Positions 20,074-28,949 of a DNA stretch of 58,335 bases are shown here, piece by piece; positions within the stretch are counted from its first letter, which is position 1; each line of letters begins with the position of its first letter. The notes under the pieces were generated by a model that had not been told where the DNA came from, did not search any database, and saw nothing but the letters and a program-made list of their open reading frames with translations. This DNA is from a virus (Duplodnaviria > Caudoviricetes). The DNA lies in IMG/VR virus record IMGVR_UViG_3300048578_000131, positions 1 to 58,335 of that record; one strand, written 5' to 3'. The translations under genes were made by a program, and so were the position numbers.

Positions 20074-20478
20074 CTATTCAGGTTCAGTGAGAGCGCGGAA
20101 AACCGCGACGAAGTGCTTGGTGATCCCGTCAGGATCATCGAGGTATTGAAGCTGCTCCAACTCGAACACCACGAGCCGATGCCCCGTGACCGTCAGCTCG
20201 ATTTCGTCCAGTGCCGCAACCACGGCGGCCCCGAGTTGCTTGATCTCGACCGATTGCGGGCCCTCCGCCCATCCGTGAACCGGATAACTCACCTCGGCGC
20301 CATCAACGCATGTCGCCTTGTCAGGGATGACCTGCGGCTGCCCCAGATTTACGTACGGCTTGGCCGCTCTCGTCGGAACGGCGTCAAAGACGCGACCCTC
20401 CACGATCGCGGAGACGGCGCCATTAGCCTTCAGCCGCGCGACGATCGCGGCCTGCATCGGCAAGGATGGATCGCTCAT
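20074..20478 (-). CDS. Tail terminator (DUF3168-like)
   Basis: LPMQAAIVARLK, RVFDAVP, PYVNLG, DPDGITKH. Confidence 0.85.
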   Translation of the reverse strand: MSDPSLPMQAAIVARLKANGAVSAIVEGRVFDAVPTRAAKPYVNLGQPQVIPDKATCVDGAEVSYPVHGWAEGPQSVEIKQLGAAVVAALDEIELTVTGHRLVVFELEQLQYLDDPDGITKHFVAVFRALTEPE

Positions 20479-20861
20479 GCTCTTGCTATCGCGTCCGCAA
20501 CTGCGCGCTCGATCTCGGCACGAACATCGTCGCGCCGCACCCGGTAGGTCGCGTAAAAGAATGGATAAGCCGGCTGCCGTTCTGTCCCGAATTCCTGCGC
20601 GAGTGCATAATCGAACGTCACTCCCGACCCCGCGCGCACTTCCTTGGTGGTCAGCGCACCGCCCGCCTCGACGAACAGCTCCAAGGATTTCTTGCCTCGC
20701 GTGACCCGAACGCTTTCCTTCAGCCTGCCCGTCTCACCTGTCGGTGCCGCGGCCCGGATATCGTCCGCGAGACCGTCGGCGATCCGGCGCAAATCCTTGG
20801 CAAACTCGCGCTGCACCTTTCCCGGAAGATCCTTGAACCAGGACTGCAGTTCAGCGCTCAC
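20475..20861 (-). CDS. HK97 gp10-like tail component
   Basis: APTGETGRLKESV, YALAQEFGT, PAYPFFY. Confidence 0.88.
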   Translation of the reverse strand: MSAELQSWFKDLPGKVQREFAKDLRRIADGLADDIRAAAPTGETGRLKESVRVTRGKKSLELFVEAGGALTTKEVRAGSGVTFDYALAQEFGTERQPAYPFFYATYRVRRDDVRAEIERAVADAIARA

Positions 20862-21214
20862 GTCGCCACGCCCTTCTCGCACAGCATCTCCAGGACCCGG
20901 CCCTGCCTATGCGTAGCCTGCTCCGGATCGATGATGCTGCGGATATTGTAGACCTCGCCGGTCCGCTCATTTTTCACGCGCCAGGCTTCCGTGACCTGCC
21001 GCGTCTGAGCCGACACCCGCACCGTGATGTTCGCCAGATGCGTTCCCTGCAGTCGCGACGCGAGAACGCTTTCGCCGCCGAGCCTTGGCTTGATGTTCGC
21101 GGCCACCGTGAATTCAGGAGCATCCGGAAACTCACCTTCGGAATTGCCGTATCCATCCGATGTGGCGGCCCGCTGGTAGAAGCCGACACGGTCGCGCAAG
21201 TCACCGGCTTGCAT
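20858..21214 (-). CDS. Head closure / head-tail adaptor
   Basis: MQAGDLRDRV, DGYGN, YNIRSI. Confidence 0.88.
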   Translation of the reverse strand: MQAGDLRDRVGFYQRAATSDGYGNSEGEFPDAPEFTVAANIKPRLGGESVLASRLQGTHLANITVRVSAQTRQVTEAWRVKNERTGEVYNIRSIIDPEQATHRQGRVLEMLCEKGVAT

Positions 21215-21440
21215 CTGATATCTTCACCGAGGCTGGCGGTGCCGGCGGCCGGGTTCCATCCCAGCGCGACAAGTCGTTGAATCCACCCTTGTTCGGCCCA
21301 TCGAGAACAATCGCATCGGTCCGCATCGCGGCCGCGTGACAGGCGCCCGTGATGCCATAGGTCTTGCCCGCCTTGTAGACGAGACGCACGTTGCGCTTCG
21401 CCTTCCAGACGAAATCCTTGGTGAATGTGGCCCTCGGCAT
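21201..21440 (-). CDS. Hypothetical protein
   Basis: FTKDFVW...YKAG, overlapping the adaptor gene. Confidence 0.6.
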   Translation of the reverse strand: MPRATFTKDFVWKAKRNVRLVYKAGKTYGITGACHAAAMRTDAIVLDGPNKGGFNDLSRWDGTRPPAPPASVKISDASR

Positions 21441-21464
21441 TTCGCGGCAAACTCCACATTTCTG

Positions 21465-21493
21465 TTGACTTCCACATTTGTGTGGAGTATCCT
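21465..21493 (+). promoter_or_regulatory. hicAB promoter with palindromic operator
   Basis: TTGACT, 17 bp, TATCCT; inverted repeat TCCACA-tttg-TGTGGA (21471-21486); ATG only 6 nt after the -10 box, so probably leaderless. Confidence 0.7.
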
Positions 21494-21499
21494 ATATTT

Positions 21500-21688
21500 A
21501 TGAACGCACAAGAACTGAAACGGCTTCTCGCCAAGCAGGGCTGCATCTTCGAGACTAAGAAGGGCGGTTCCGGTCACCTCGTCGTACGGCGCGGTGATCG
21601 CCGCTCGGAGCTTCCGATGCACGGCTCGGCGAAAGAACTCGGAAAGGGCCTTGTGAACCGTATTCTCAAAGACCTTGGATTGAAGTGA
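21500..21688 (+). CDS. hicA: HicA toxin
   Basis: 62 aa basic protein, GSGH, PMHG, ELGKGLVNRILKDLGL. Confidence 0.92.
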   Translation: MNAQELKRLLAKQGCIFETKKGGSGHLVVRRGDRRSELPMHGSAKELGKGLVNRILKDLGLK

Positions 21689-22125
21689 TGGTCAGATACC
21701 GCATCCAACTCGAACCCGACGACAACGACACGCTACTCGTCACTTGCCCTGACATTCCGGGCGTCGTCACCTATGGTGAAACCCGCGAGGCGGCGCTTAC
21801 GCATGCGGTCGACGCGATCGAAACTTTCATCGCCAGCCTGATCGCCGACGGCGCCGATGTGCCACAGCCAAGTCCCGCGAAACGGCTCAAGGCCGACGAA
21901 GCGATCGTCACCCTCCCAGCCCTCACTTCGCTGAAGATTGAACTCTACTGGGCCATGCGCGCCGAAGGTTTCACCCGTGCGGAACTCATGCGCCGACTCA
22001 AATGGAACCGGGAATCGGTCGATCGCCTCTTTCGTATCGACCACGCCTCGAAGCTCGATCAGATCGAGGCAGCCTTTCAGGCGCTAGGCCGTTCGCTCAC
22101 ACTGAGTGTTGAGCAGGCGGCATAA
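21685..22125 (+). CDS. hicB: HicB antitoxin
   Basis: VTCPDIPGVVTYGETREAAL, C-terminal HTH; overlaps the hicA stop. Confidence 0.92.
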   Translation: MMVRYRIQLEPDDNDTLLVTCPDIPGVVTYGETREAALTHAVDAIETFIASLIADGADVPQPSPAKRLKADEAIVTLPALTSLKIELYWAMRAEGFTRAELMRRLKWNRESVDRLFRIDHASKLDQIEAAFQALGRSLTLSVEQAA

Positions 22126-22981
22126 CGTCCCAGAACTGGTTGTGGCCGGGCCTGCGCTCATAGCGCACGGCGCGGCCGCACTTCCTGCAGATCGACTCGC
22201 TGCATCCGTAATGCATGTTGGCGACGCGCAGATCGTTCATCCCGTCCGACGAAAACAGCGACCAGTAATCTCCGGTGAACAGATTGCCGATTCGATGTTT
22301 CAGCCCGTAATCCATGCAGCACAGATAGACGTCGCCGTTCGGCAGCATGACGTTGTGGTCATAAAACGGGGTGAATGAACATCCGAGCGGCGTATCGTGC
22401 GATGGCGCGGCCTCGACCGGCTGGTCACCAATCTCATCCACATCGAGCACCCCTGCCCGCGCATTGCCGATCCATGGTGCCAGTGCATCCAGTTGCAGCG
22501 ACTCGTGGACGCCGCCACCCCGATCCATCGTCATCACATCGACGAAGCGCAGCACATCCTTCAGCGCCAGGAACCGCGACAACCTCTCGCCGTAATCCCA
22601 CGACGGCTTGAAACCCCGCATATTGCCGTTGCGATCCGGCAGGTGAAGCACCAGCGCCTCGACCTGGTCGGCATGACCGGTTAGCAGCGCGATCACCTCA
22701 TCCGGATCCGTCATTCCGTACAGCGTAGTGTAGACGCTGACGTGAAACCCTGCCCCCAATGCCAGCGCCAGCATCCTTGTACAATCAGGATTGGCCCAAG
22801 GCTCGGCCATCCCTGAAAAGTCGACCCGAACGTAGGGCGGCAGCTTGGCCAGAACCCGGGCGAAGTCCTCGACCGCGAGATATTTCGGCGCCTTTCCGTA
22901 ACTCGCTTTTAATGCGTCCTGCGGACAATAGGTGCACTTGAGCGGGCACCCCACCATGGTCGTTATTTCGAGGCAGGGCAT
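22097..22981 (-). CDS. Radical SAM protein with SPASM/Twitch domain
   Basis: CPLKCTYC, FSGMAEP, NGDVYLCCMDY...IGNL...CRKC. Confidence 0.9.
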   Translation of the reverse strand: MPCLEITTMVGCPLKCTYCPQDALKASYGKAPKYLAVEDFARVLAKLPPYVRVDFSGMAEPWANPDCTRMLALALGAGFHVSVYTTLYGMTDPDEVIALLTGHADQVEALVLHLPDRNGNMRGFKPSWDYGERLSRFLALKDVLRFVDVMTMDRGGGVHESLQLDALAPWIGNARAGVLDVDEIGDQPVEAAPSHDTPLGCSFTPFYDHNVMLPNGDVYLCCMDYGLKHRIGNLFTGDYWSLFSSDGMNDLRVANMHYGCSESICRKCGRAVRYERRPGHNQFWDVMPPAQHSV

Positions 22982-23163
22982 CAGTGCGGCACCGGCCGCA
23001 CGACGGTATCAAACACGCCCTTCAGACACGTCTCGCAGAGAAAGAAGTGACCACCCTTGCCATCCGGCAGATTGAATGCAGCGCTCCGATCAACACGATC
23101 ATCATGCTCTTCAATCTCACAATGGAAATCTGATGCGGGATGTACCGCGCGGTGAGCCATCAC
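22981..23163 (-). CDS. Small hypothetical protein (possible Zn binder)
   Basis: LCETC motif; coupled to both neighbours. Confidence 0.5.
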   Translation of the reverse strand: MMAHRAVHPASDFHCEIEEHDDRVDRSAAFNLPDGKGGHFFLCETCLKGVFDTVVRPVPH

Positions 23164-23480
23164 GCCTCAGCTTTGACGATCGGGTCTATGAATAGACTTT
23201 TGAACTCTGCACGCTGCCCGACCGTCAGCCGTGGCATGACGGGCGTTATTACCTTAGCCCCAGAAGCAGGAACGAACATCTCAGGGCCACGCTCGCCAGT
23301 GAGGCAGAGGCGCGATCGATCCTCCGCCATCGCACGTTTCAGGCGCGCCAAAGCCGCAGTATCGGCGCCGCGAACATCGATAGCCGGTGCAAATCCCATC
23401 GTTGCAGCCCCGCCCGCCGCTATAACGGGAACAGCCGGAACAGCGCGAAGCGCTAAACGGAGGAAAGATCGACGGTTCAT
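23160..23480 (-). CDS. Twin-arginine-signal protein containing tape-measure C-terminal motifs
   Basis: MNRRSFL; FAPAIDVRGAD and GERGPEMFVP. Confidence 0.65.
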   Translation of the reverse strand: MNRRSFLRLALRAVPAVPVIAAGGAATMGFAPAIDVRGADTAALARLKRAMAEDRSRLCLTGERGPEMFVPASGAKVITPVMPRLTVGQRAEFKSLFIDPIVKAEA

Positions 23481-23494
23481 TGTACAGCCCCCAC

Positions 23495-24268
23495 CTATGC
23501 TACTAGCTTATAGCGGCTTCGCTTTATGCCGATCGCGGGATCGCCACGCCAATGCGACGACACAATCTCTAGGTGGCCGTGACGAACACGAATGTGCGCG
23601 CGGACAAAATGAAGCGCGCGACTCCCCTTCAGCCAGATTTCCTGATCGGTGGCGTCAACCTTCGGCAACCCGACCTTCAGCTTAATTTCCGTCCACGCAT
23701 GCAACGGGAAACTGCCAACACCGCGCCGAGACTGCGCAATCTTTCTCTGCAAACCAGAATGCGGCATATGAGTCGTGCGGCCTATCACTCGCGGCGCATT
23801 GATCATTGCGAGTATGCCGTACATGAGGATGGTGTAGCCCCTCACGACAGCAACATTCTTCGCCTCTATGACGGCGAGATGTCTTGACAGCGCATTACCG
23901 TCGCCACGCAGCTTCAAATAGCCGACAAAGTCGGAGGACAGAAATCGCCCCTCGCGGTTTAGATAGGCCCACCGAGCGGACGCTAACGTCCCGTCATCAT
24001 GCTCGCACAACAGCACGCCTTCACGGTCACCATTTGCATACTGCCACTCAATCCACGTCTTCGGCGCCGGCAAGAACGCAAGCACATCGAGCGTGCGCCC
24101 CCTATCCGCCTCGGACTTTGCGATGTCGCCCGCGACATCCATAATCTCGGACACCTCGAAGCAATGTACATCGTCCATGCGATCCAACAGCCCACATTTA
24201 TCCTCAAATGTGCGGCGCTTGGCGGGTAGCGTCAGCTCTTTGACTATGCAGTGAGCCAGCGGTGTCAT
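23495..24268 (-). CDS. Hypothetical protein
   Basis: Start MTPLAH coupled to the upstream stop; C-terminal HFVRAHIR...HWRG. Confidence 0.7.
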   Translation of the reverse strand: MTPLAHCIVKELTLPAKRRTFEDKCGLLDRMDDVHCFEVSEIMDVAGDIAKSEADRGRTLDVLAFLPAPKTWIEWQYANGDREGVLLCEHDDGTLASARWAYLNREGRFLSSDFVGYLKLRGDGNALSRHLAVIEAKNVAVVRGYTILMYGILAMINAPRVIGRTTHMPHSGLQRKIAQSRRGVGSFPLHAWTEIKLKVGLPKVDATDQEIWLKGSRALHFVRAHIRVRHGHLEIVSSHWRGDPAIGIKRSRYKLVA

Positions 24269-24621
24269 TACGCAGCCTCCGAACCATGGCCGAGGCCGCC
24301 GTCCTTCAGGTGATGCATCGCATTTGCGGTGTCCTTGATCGCCTGCAGATGCGCGTCGAGATGATCTTGCTTGAACGTCGGGCAGGTCTTCAGCCGGTTG
24401 ATGATGTCTCCTGCCCGCTTGAGGTCCCACAGGTTTCGAATGGGAGCATAAGTATTCGGCAAAGGGGCGAATGGAGCGGCAGACATAACGATCCGCTCAA
24501 CACGCTCTTCCTGAGCCTGCCTGGTGATGTTCTCGCGGCGGCGAGCGGCCATTTCTTCGTCGCTGGGCGTATCGATCCAGCGAATGAACCTGCGGATGTA
24601 TCGATGCAGTAACCGTTTCAT
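24268..24621 (-). CDS. Hypothetical protein
   Basis: GGAG RBS, ends EAA, coupled to the next gene. Confidence 0.55.
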   Translation of the reverse strand: MKRLLHRYIRRFIRWIDTPSDEEMAARRRENITRQAQEERVERIVMSAAPFAPLPNTYAPIRNLWDLKRAGDIINRLKTCPTFKQDHLDAHLQAIKDTANAMHHLKDGGLGHGSEAA

Positions 24622-24726
24622 GGTTTCATCTCCATCAGGCGCCCGGCCAGCCACGCCCGGCGCGAACACAGGGGATGCGAGATCGCATCACCGGGGCCTG
24701 ATGAAGCCTCGATGTCTCTCTCGCGC

Positions 24727-24990
24727 TTATCCTCGTGGCTGCGAGGAATCGGCTTGTTCATTCAAAATGCCAGACCAGCTACGATCACCGGCCGCAAGCG
24801 CAAGCACCGCTACGAGCTCGCAACGCCGCCAACGGTTCGTACCGGGACCGACCTTCAGCGGCGGCGGGAAGCGACCCGCCTTGATTCCGCGCCAAAGTGT
24901 AGAGCGGTGGATGGGTGTGCTTTCGCCGCCGATAATCCGGCAGGCCGCAACCTCATCCACAAGATCGTATCGAGCCTCTAACTGTGACAT
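24727..24990 (-). CDS. AlpA-like HTH protein
   Basis: IHRSTLWRGIKAGRFPPPLKVG...NRW. Confidence 0.85.
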   Translation of the reverse strand: MSQLEARYDLVDEVAACRIIGGESTPIHRSTLWRGIKAGRFPPPLKVGPGTNRWRRCELVAVLALAAGDRSWSGILNEQADSSQPRG

Positions 24991-25204
24991 AACCGCACTC
25001 CTCGTCTAAAGTTGACGCAAGGAGCATCGTGCAAGGCCGCCGCCGAAAAGTCGTAGGACACAACGAAGCGCCCCCGCGTCCTACAGCCCATGAAGCCCCG
25101 TGATGCCTCACGTCTTGATGAGTATCAACCTGCCGCAGCACGGCTGTAATCACATAGATCGGCACGAAATCGAGGGAGAACTATACTACTTGGGACGCCG
25201 CTTC

Positions 25205-27439
25205 CTACGACGCCTCGACCACAACCGTCTCGATCCAGTTGAACTTGTCCCCGATCACCTTGCCGTGGCCCTCGACGCCCTTGAGGTCGGCGAGATCGGA
25301 CTGCCCCGGATCGAAGGCCTTCACATTGTCGAAGCCCGCCTGATAGGCCGTCACCAGCAGCAGGCTTTCCGTCCACGGAGCCTTGTGCCCGTGGCAGTTC
25401 AGCAGCGCGTCGATGGCCGGCCGCAAGCCTTCCTGCTTCGACCAGCGCTTGACGAACGCAAAATACTCCGCATCCGCATGCTTCCAGACCTTCTCGATCG
25501 ACGGCACCGCGAACCGCGCCACCCCACCCTGCTTCAATACCCGCCGGCATTCCCGCATGAAGGCCAATGCCTGCTTGTATTCGACATGCTCGATCACATG
25601 CTCGGCCAAGATGAAATCCGCGCTCGCATCACCGAACGGCAGACGCTTCGTGATGTCGATATCGGCATCGAAATTACGCCAGCCCGGAAGACGGTTCAAT
25701 CCGCAGCCGAAATTCAGCCTGACCGCCGAATTCACCACCCCCCGCAGATAAGCCTCCAGGTCGGTCGAATTATCGAATGTCGGCTCTTCCCCCAACGCCA
25801 CTTCGACAAACCGATCGTAAATCTCCGGCCGATCGTGGCAATGCGTCACCCAATCGAGATTGGTGATATTGCCGAGCGTGATCTGGCTCTTGTCGCCTCG
25901 TTCCGCCCGCCACGACATCATCTTCAGATCCCGGCCTAGCATGGAGAAGATCACCTTCTCCGGCGTCGGACGCTCGGTCCGGTTCGGCCAGTCATAACGA
26001 ACGGTGAAATCCGTCTCACCCAGATAGCCGCAATCGAAGAACATCAGGCCGGTCTCGACCCAGCCGACCTCTTTCCGCTTCGTGCCTTCGACCGGGACTG
26101 AGGCCACCTTGACGCCGTCGCGTTTCATTTCCCGCACGATGTCCATCACCTTCAGGCGAAACAGCGAGTCACCTTCGATATGGACCGCATAGTCATAGCC
26201 GCCGGCCAGCGCGCGGTTGAGTCCTTCGCAGAAGGCGCGGCCCCAGCCGTCACGGCCCTTGCTGTTCGGTCCATTCGGGCCGTTGCGCGACAGATGCCCA
26301 ATATTGTCGGGGAACGACCAGACCTCGCAGTCCAGCGATGACAGATCAACCGGAGACCTCGAATCCACGATCAGGAAATCGCAGCCGGGATTCAGCCGTT
26401 TGTGCAGATCGACCCATTGCTTCGTCAGCGCAAGGCGCTCCAGCGTATCGATATAGGTGGTCGCAAAGATCAGGACGCGCGGCTCCGCCGGCACATACTC
26501 ACTCACGAATTTACCCACCCTCTGCAAGGCGCCCTCCACATCGATGGTCTTGTCGCATCCGCAGTCTTTCGCGTGATGCTCGCATGGCACGATCGGCTCG
26601 ACCGCGAGCGTCGGCACCAGGTGCGCACCCGCTGCATTCGTGGTGCGAAAGGACTCATTCGCCCCATAGGTGCAGATCACCGGCGTCCCAACGGCCTGCG
26701 CCAGCACCGGCGCGAAGCCCGGACACCCGAACACCAGCGCGGCCTCCGCGAACATCCCGGCCAGCGCCTCGAAATTCAGTTCGCCCTTGTGCAGTTCGAG
26801 ATCGACATCCGCCGCAGGACCCACGATCCGTTCGTCATGCTTGGTCAGATCGCAGACCGACACGACGAAGAACCGGTCCCGGATCGATCGATACAGCGCG
26901 TCATATGCGACGGGATCCGGCGCCCTTGCCGGCGCACACCAGAATCCGTTCAGCACGATCGGCCGATAGACCATCATCGGCTTGCCGGCCGGATTTCGGC
27001 CAGCAAGGAAGGCCCGCGCCGCGCGCCGCCATTCTTCCTTCACCGGCAACGAGAAATCCGGCCGCTCCGGCACGCTCAGTCCGACAGACGCGAATTGCGC
27101 CGCAAGGATCGAGCCGTGTTCATGGATGGTATCGGCGTTATAGCCGATGCAGGCCTGCCTTTGATCGATGCGCCGCGGCGGCCGCGCTACGCGACCCCGC
27201 TCCGTTCTTTCCTGCACCCGCGCATTACCGCGCCAGTCGATATATAGCCCCTCACGTTCCAGGTCGTGATACATCGCACGATACGGCGTCTGCAGCGTGA
27301 CCCGATGCATCTTCATCATCTCGCGCACGATGGCGCGCTGATGGATGCAGTCGCCAAATCCGACATGCCCGGTGACATAGCGGGAGGGCTTGGCGCGATC
27401 CGTTTCCGCGTCACGCATGATCCGTGCCACCGCAGTCAT
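25205..27439 (-). CDS. Multidomain glycosyltransferase-like plus SAM methyltransferase protein
   Basis: GT9-like GFGDCI...VLAQAVGTPVI; GT-A-like LIVDSRSP...HIEGDS; MTase LNFGCG, DITKRLPF, AEHVIEH, ECRRVLKQGG. Confidence 0.82.
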   Translation of the reverse strand: MTAVARIMRDAETDRAKPSRYVTGHVGFGDCIHQRAIVREMMKMHRVTLQTPYRAMYHDLEREGLYIDWRGNARVQERTERGRVARPPRRIDQRQACIGYNADTIHEHGSILAAQFASVGLSVPERPDFSLPVKEEWRRAARAFLAGRNPAGKPMMVYRPIVLNGFWCAPARAPDPVAYDALYRSIRDRFFVVSVCDLTKHDERIVGPAADVDLELHKGELNFEALAGMFAEAALVFGCPGFAPVLAQAVGTPVICTYGANESFRTTNAAGAHLVPTLAVEPIVPCEHHAKDCGCDKTIDVEGALQRVGKFVSEYVPAEPRVLIFATTYIDTLERLALTKQWVDLHKRLNPGCDFLIVDSRSPVDLSSLDCEVWSFPDNIGHLSRNGPNGPNSKGRDGWGRAFCEGLNRALAGGYDYAVHIEGDSLFRLKVMDIVREMKRDGVKVASVPVEGTKRKEVGWVETGLMFFDCGYLGETDFTVRYDWPNRTERPTPEKVIFSMLGRDLKMMSWRAERGDKSQITLGNITNLDWVTHCHDRPEIYDRFVEVALGEEPTFDNSTDLEAYLRGVVNSAVRLNFGCGLNRLPGWRNFDADIDITKRLPFGDASADFILAEHVIEHVEYKQALAFMRECRRVLKQGGVARFAVPSIEKVWKHADAEYFAFVKRWSKQEGLRPAIDALLNCHGHKAPWTESLLLVTAYQAGFDNVKAFDPGQSDLADLKGVEGHGKVIGDKFNWIETVVVEAS

Positions 27440-28032
27440 CGGTAGATCATCACCTGCCGGGTCAAGGCATCGACACCGAACGGGATATCGGTCATCGCCT
27501 CTTTTGCGGCCGCTTCCCGGTTCGCATACCAGTGCGCCGCCAGCATCAGGATCGCAGGTACGACCTGCCGCGGCAGAACGAGCTCGGGATCGTCACCCGA
27601 TCCGGTCGCGCCATCGATATCGAATCCGGCGTCAATATCGATCTGCACTGCATCGTCCCGGCCGGAAGCGAGCGCTGGCAGGCTCACATTCGCATCAATC
27701 ACCAGCGTCGCGCCTGTCGCATGCCGGCGCCATCGATATGCTGCCGCATCAAGGGCCTGCAGATCGCCATTCGCATCGAGAAAGCGCACCGCAACGATAT
27801 CGCGGACCGGCGCGACCAAAATCTGCAGGTCTCGGCACCAGCCGGGCATTTCGATACGGTAGCCGACCGGCGCCAGAACGAGTTCGCAACGCTTTCCGAC
27901 ATAGGCGGTCGCAGCATCGAGAAAGATTTTCAGCTTCTCGTCATCGTCCAAGAAGTCCGCAGCCTCGACATGGCGCTTAAGCTCCATGAGCGAGACGGGC
28001 TGTTGAGTTGCCGCAGTGACGAGCCTCAGCAT
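27436..28032 (-). CDS. Head-tail connector protein
   Basis: PVSLMELKRHV, AILMLAAHWYANRE, IPFGVDAL. Confidence 0.9.
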   Translation of the reverse strand: MLRLVTAATQQPVSLMELKRHVEAADFLDDDEKLKIFLDAATAYVGKRCELVLAPVGYRIEMPGWCRDLQILVAPVRDIVAVRFLDANGDLQALDAAAYRWRRHATGATLVIDANVSLPALASGRDDAVQIDIDAGFDIDGATGSGDDPELVLPRQVVPAILMLAAHWYANREAAAKEAMTDIPFGVDALTRQVMIYR

Positions 28033-28673
28033 TCCAGCGCCTGGGCGAACGTCATCTTCGGATAGGCGGTCAACGTCGAGACCGGAGACGCGTTGATCAC
28101 GCAGACGCCGTAGCGTGCGAGCACGGCCGCAGCATGGTCGAGAGCGGACCGCCATCCCGGCATGTTCGCCTCCCGCGGATTATTGAGACGCTCGCCATGA
28201 CGGCCATGCCAGTGCACGCCGTAATCAACCCGCATGTCAAAGCCCACCATGATGATCTTGGCCGCACCGAATTGCGCCGCGAGATTCAGCGCCTGAAACC
28301 CGGAATTCCCGCCTCCGGTCCGAGAGCCGGCGCCGACCTTGCCGGGCTCGGTCATCACAAGCTTTTCACTCTGTCGCACAACCTCGACCTTGCTCAATCC
28401 GAAATCGATACAGGCCTGCGCATCAGCGCTCAGCCTCAATCCAGCAAACTCGGCACCCGGTCTGCGGTGCTTCCACCACGCCCCGTCGCATCCATAGACC
28501 GCGTCCGCCCAGCAGACGCCGCCTTCTGTCGCGAGTTGCCAGGATTCGTTGACGCAGAGGACGCGCGATCGGCCTCTCGCTGATCCGAGATCGCATTGCG
28601 CGGCGCTTGGTCCGCTGGCGACGATGACGGCGGTGTCCCCGCGCCAGTCTCGCCACCACGTGAAACGAAAGGG
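28026..28673 (-). CDS. Glycosyltransferase-like (Maf/DUF115-type) domain, probably reached by a -1 frameshift
   Basis: Open frame lacking a start codon for VIVASGPS...VLCVN...YGCDGAWW; then NSGFQALNLA, IIMVGFDM, VINAS. Confidence 0.75.
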   Translation of the reverse strand, partial: PFRFTWWRDWRGDTAVIVASGPSAAQCDLGSARGRSRVLCVNESWQLATEGGVCWADAVYGCDGAWWKHRRPGAEFAGLRLSADAQACIDFGLSKVEVVRQSEKLVMTEPGKVGAGSRTGGGNSGFQALNLAAQFGAAKIIMVGFDMRVDYGVHWHGRHGERLNNPREANMPGWRSALDHAAAVLARYGVCVINASPVSTLTAYPKMTFAQALEC

Positions 28674-28873
28674 CCGCGAGCAGCCGCCTCGTTGGAAAGG
28701 AACTGTGCCGGCGCTTCGGGCGGACGCACAACACGCACGGCGAGCCCCATCCGCTCCAGATCGCGCGCGCGATACTCATCGCCGACCCTGAACTCCCGCC
28801 CGCGGCGGACGCGATTGCGCTCGCCCTCACCCGGGCGACCGTTGAACGATTTCAGTGCCTGCATTGGAATCAT
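28436..28873 (-). CDS. Small capsid-adjacent protein (0-frame product)
   Basis: GGAGG RBS; RARDLERMGLA; low-complexity Ser/Ala tail after the slippery site C CCT TTC (28673-28667). Confidence 0.75.
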   Translation of the reverse strand: MIPMQALKSFNGRPGEGERNRVRRGREFRVGDEYRARDLERMGLAVRVVRPPEAPAQFLSNEAAARGPFVSRGGETGAGTPPSSSPADQAPRNAISDQREADRASSASTNPGNSRQKAASAGRTRSMDATGRGGSTADRVPSLLD

Positions 28874-28894
28874 GAAGAACGCGCCTCCTACAAA

Positions 28895-28922
28895 ATGGGC
28901 CCGGCACAATGGCCGGGCCCAT
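28895..28922 (-). terminator. Intrinsic terminator after the major capsid gene
   Basis: 11-bp stem ATGGGCCCGGC / GCCGGGCCCAT with a short T run on the minus strand. Confidence 0.7.
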
Positions 28923-28949
28923 CAGTCTCAAGAGTATCGCAGCGAAGAA

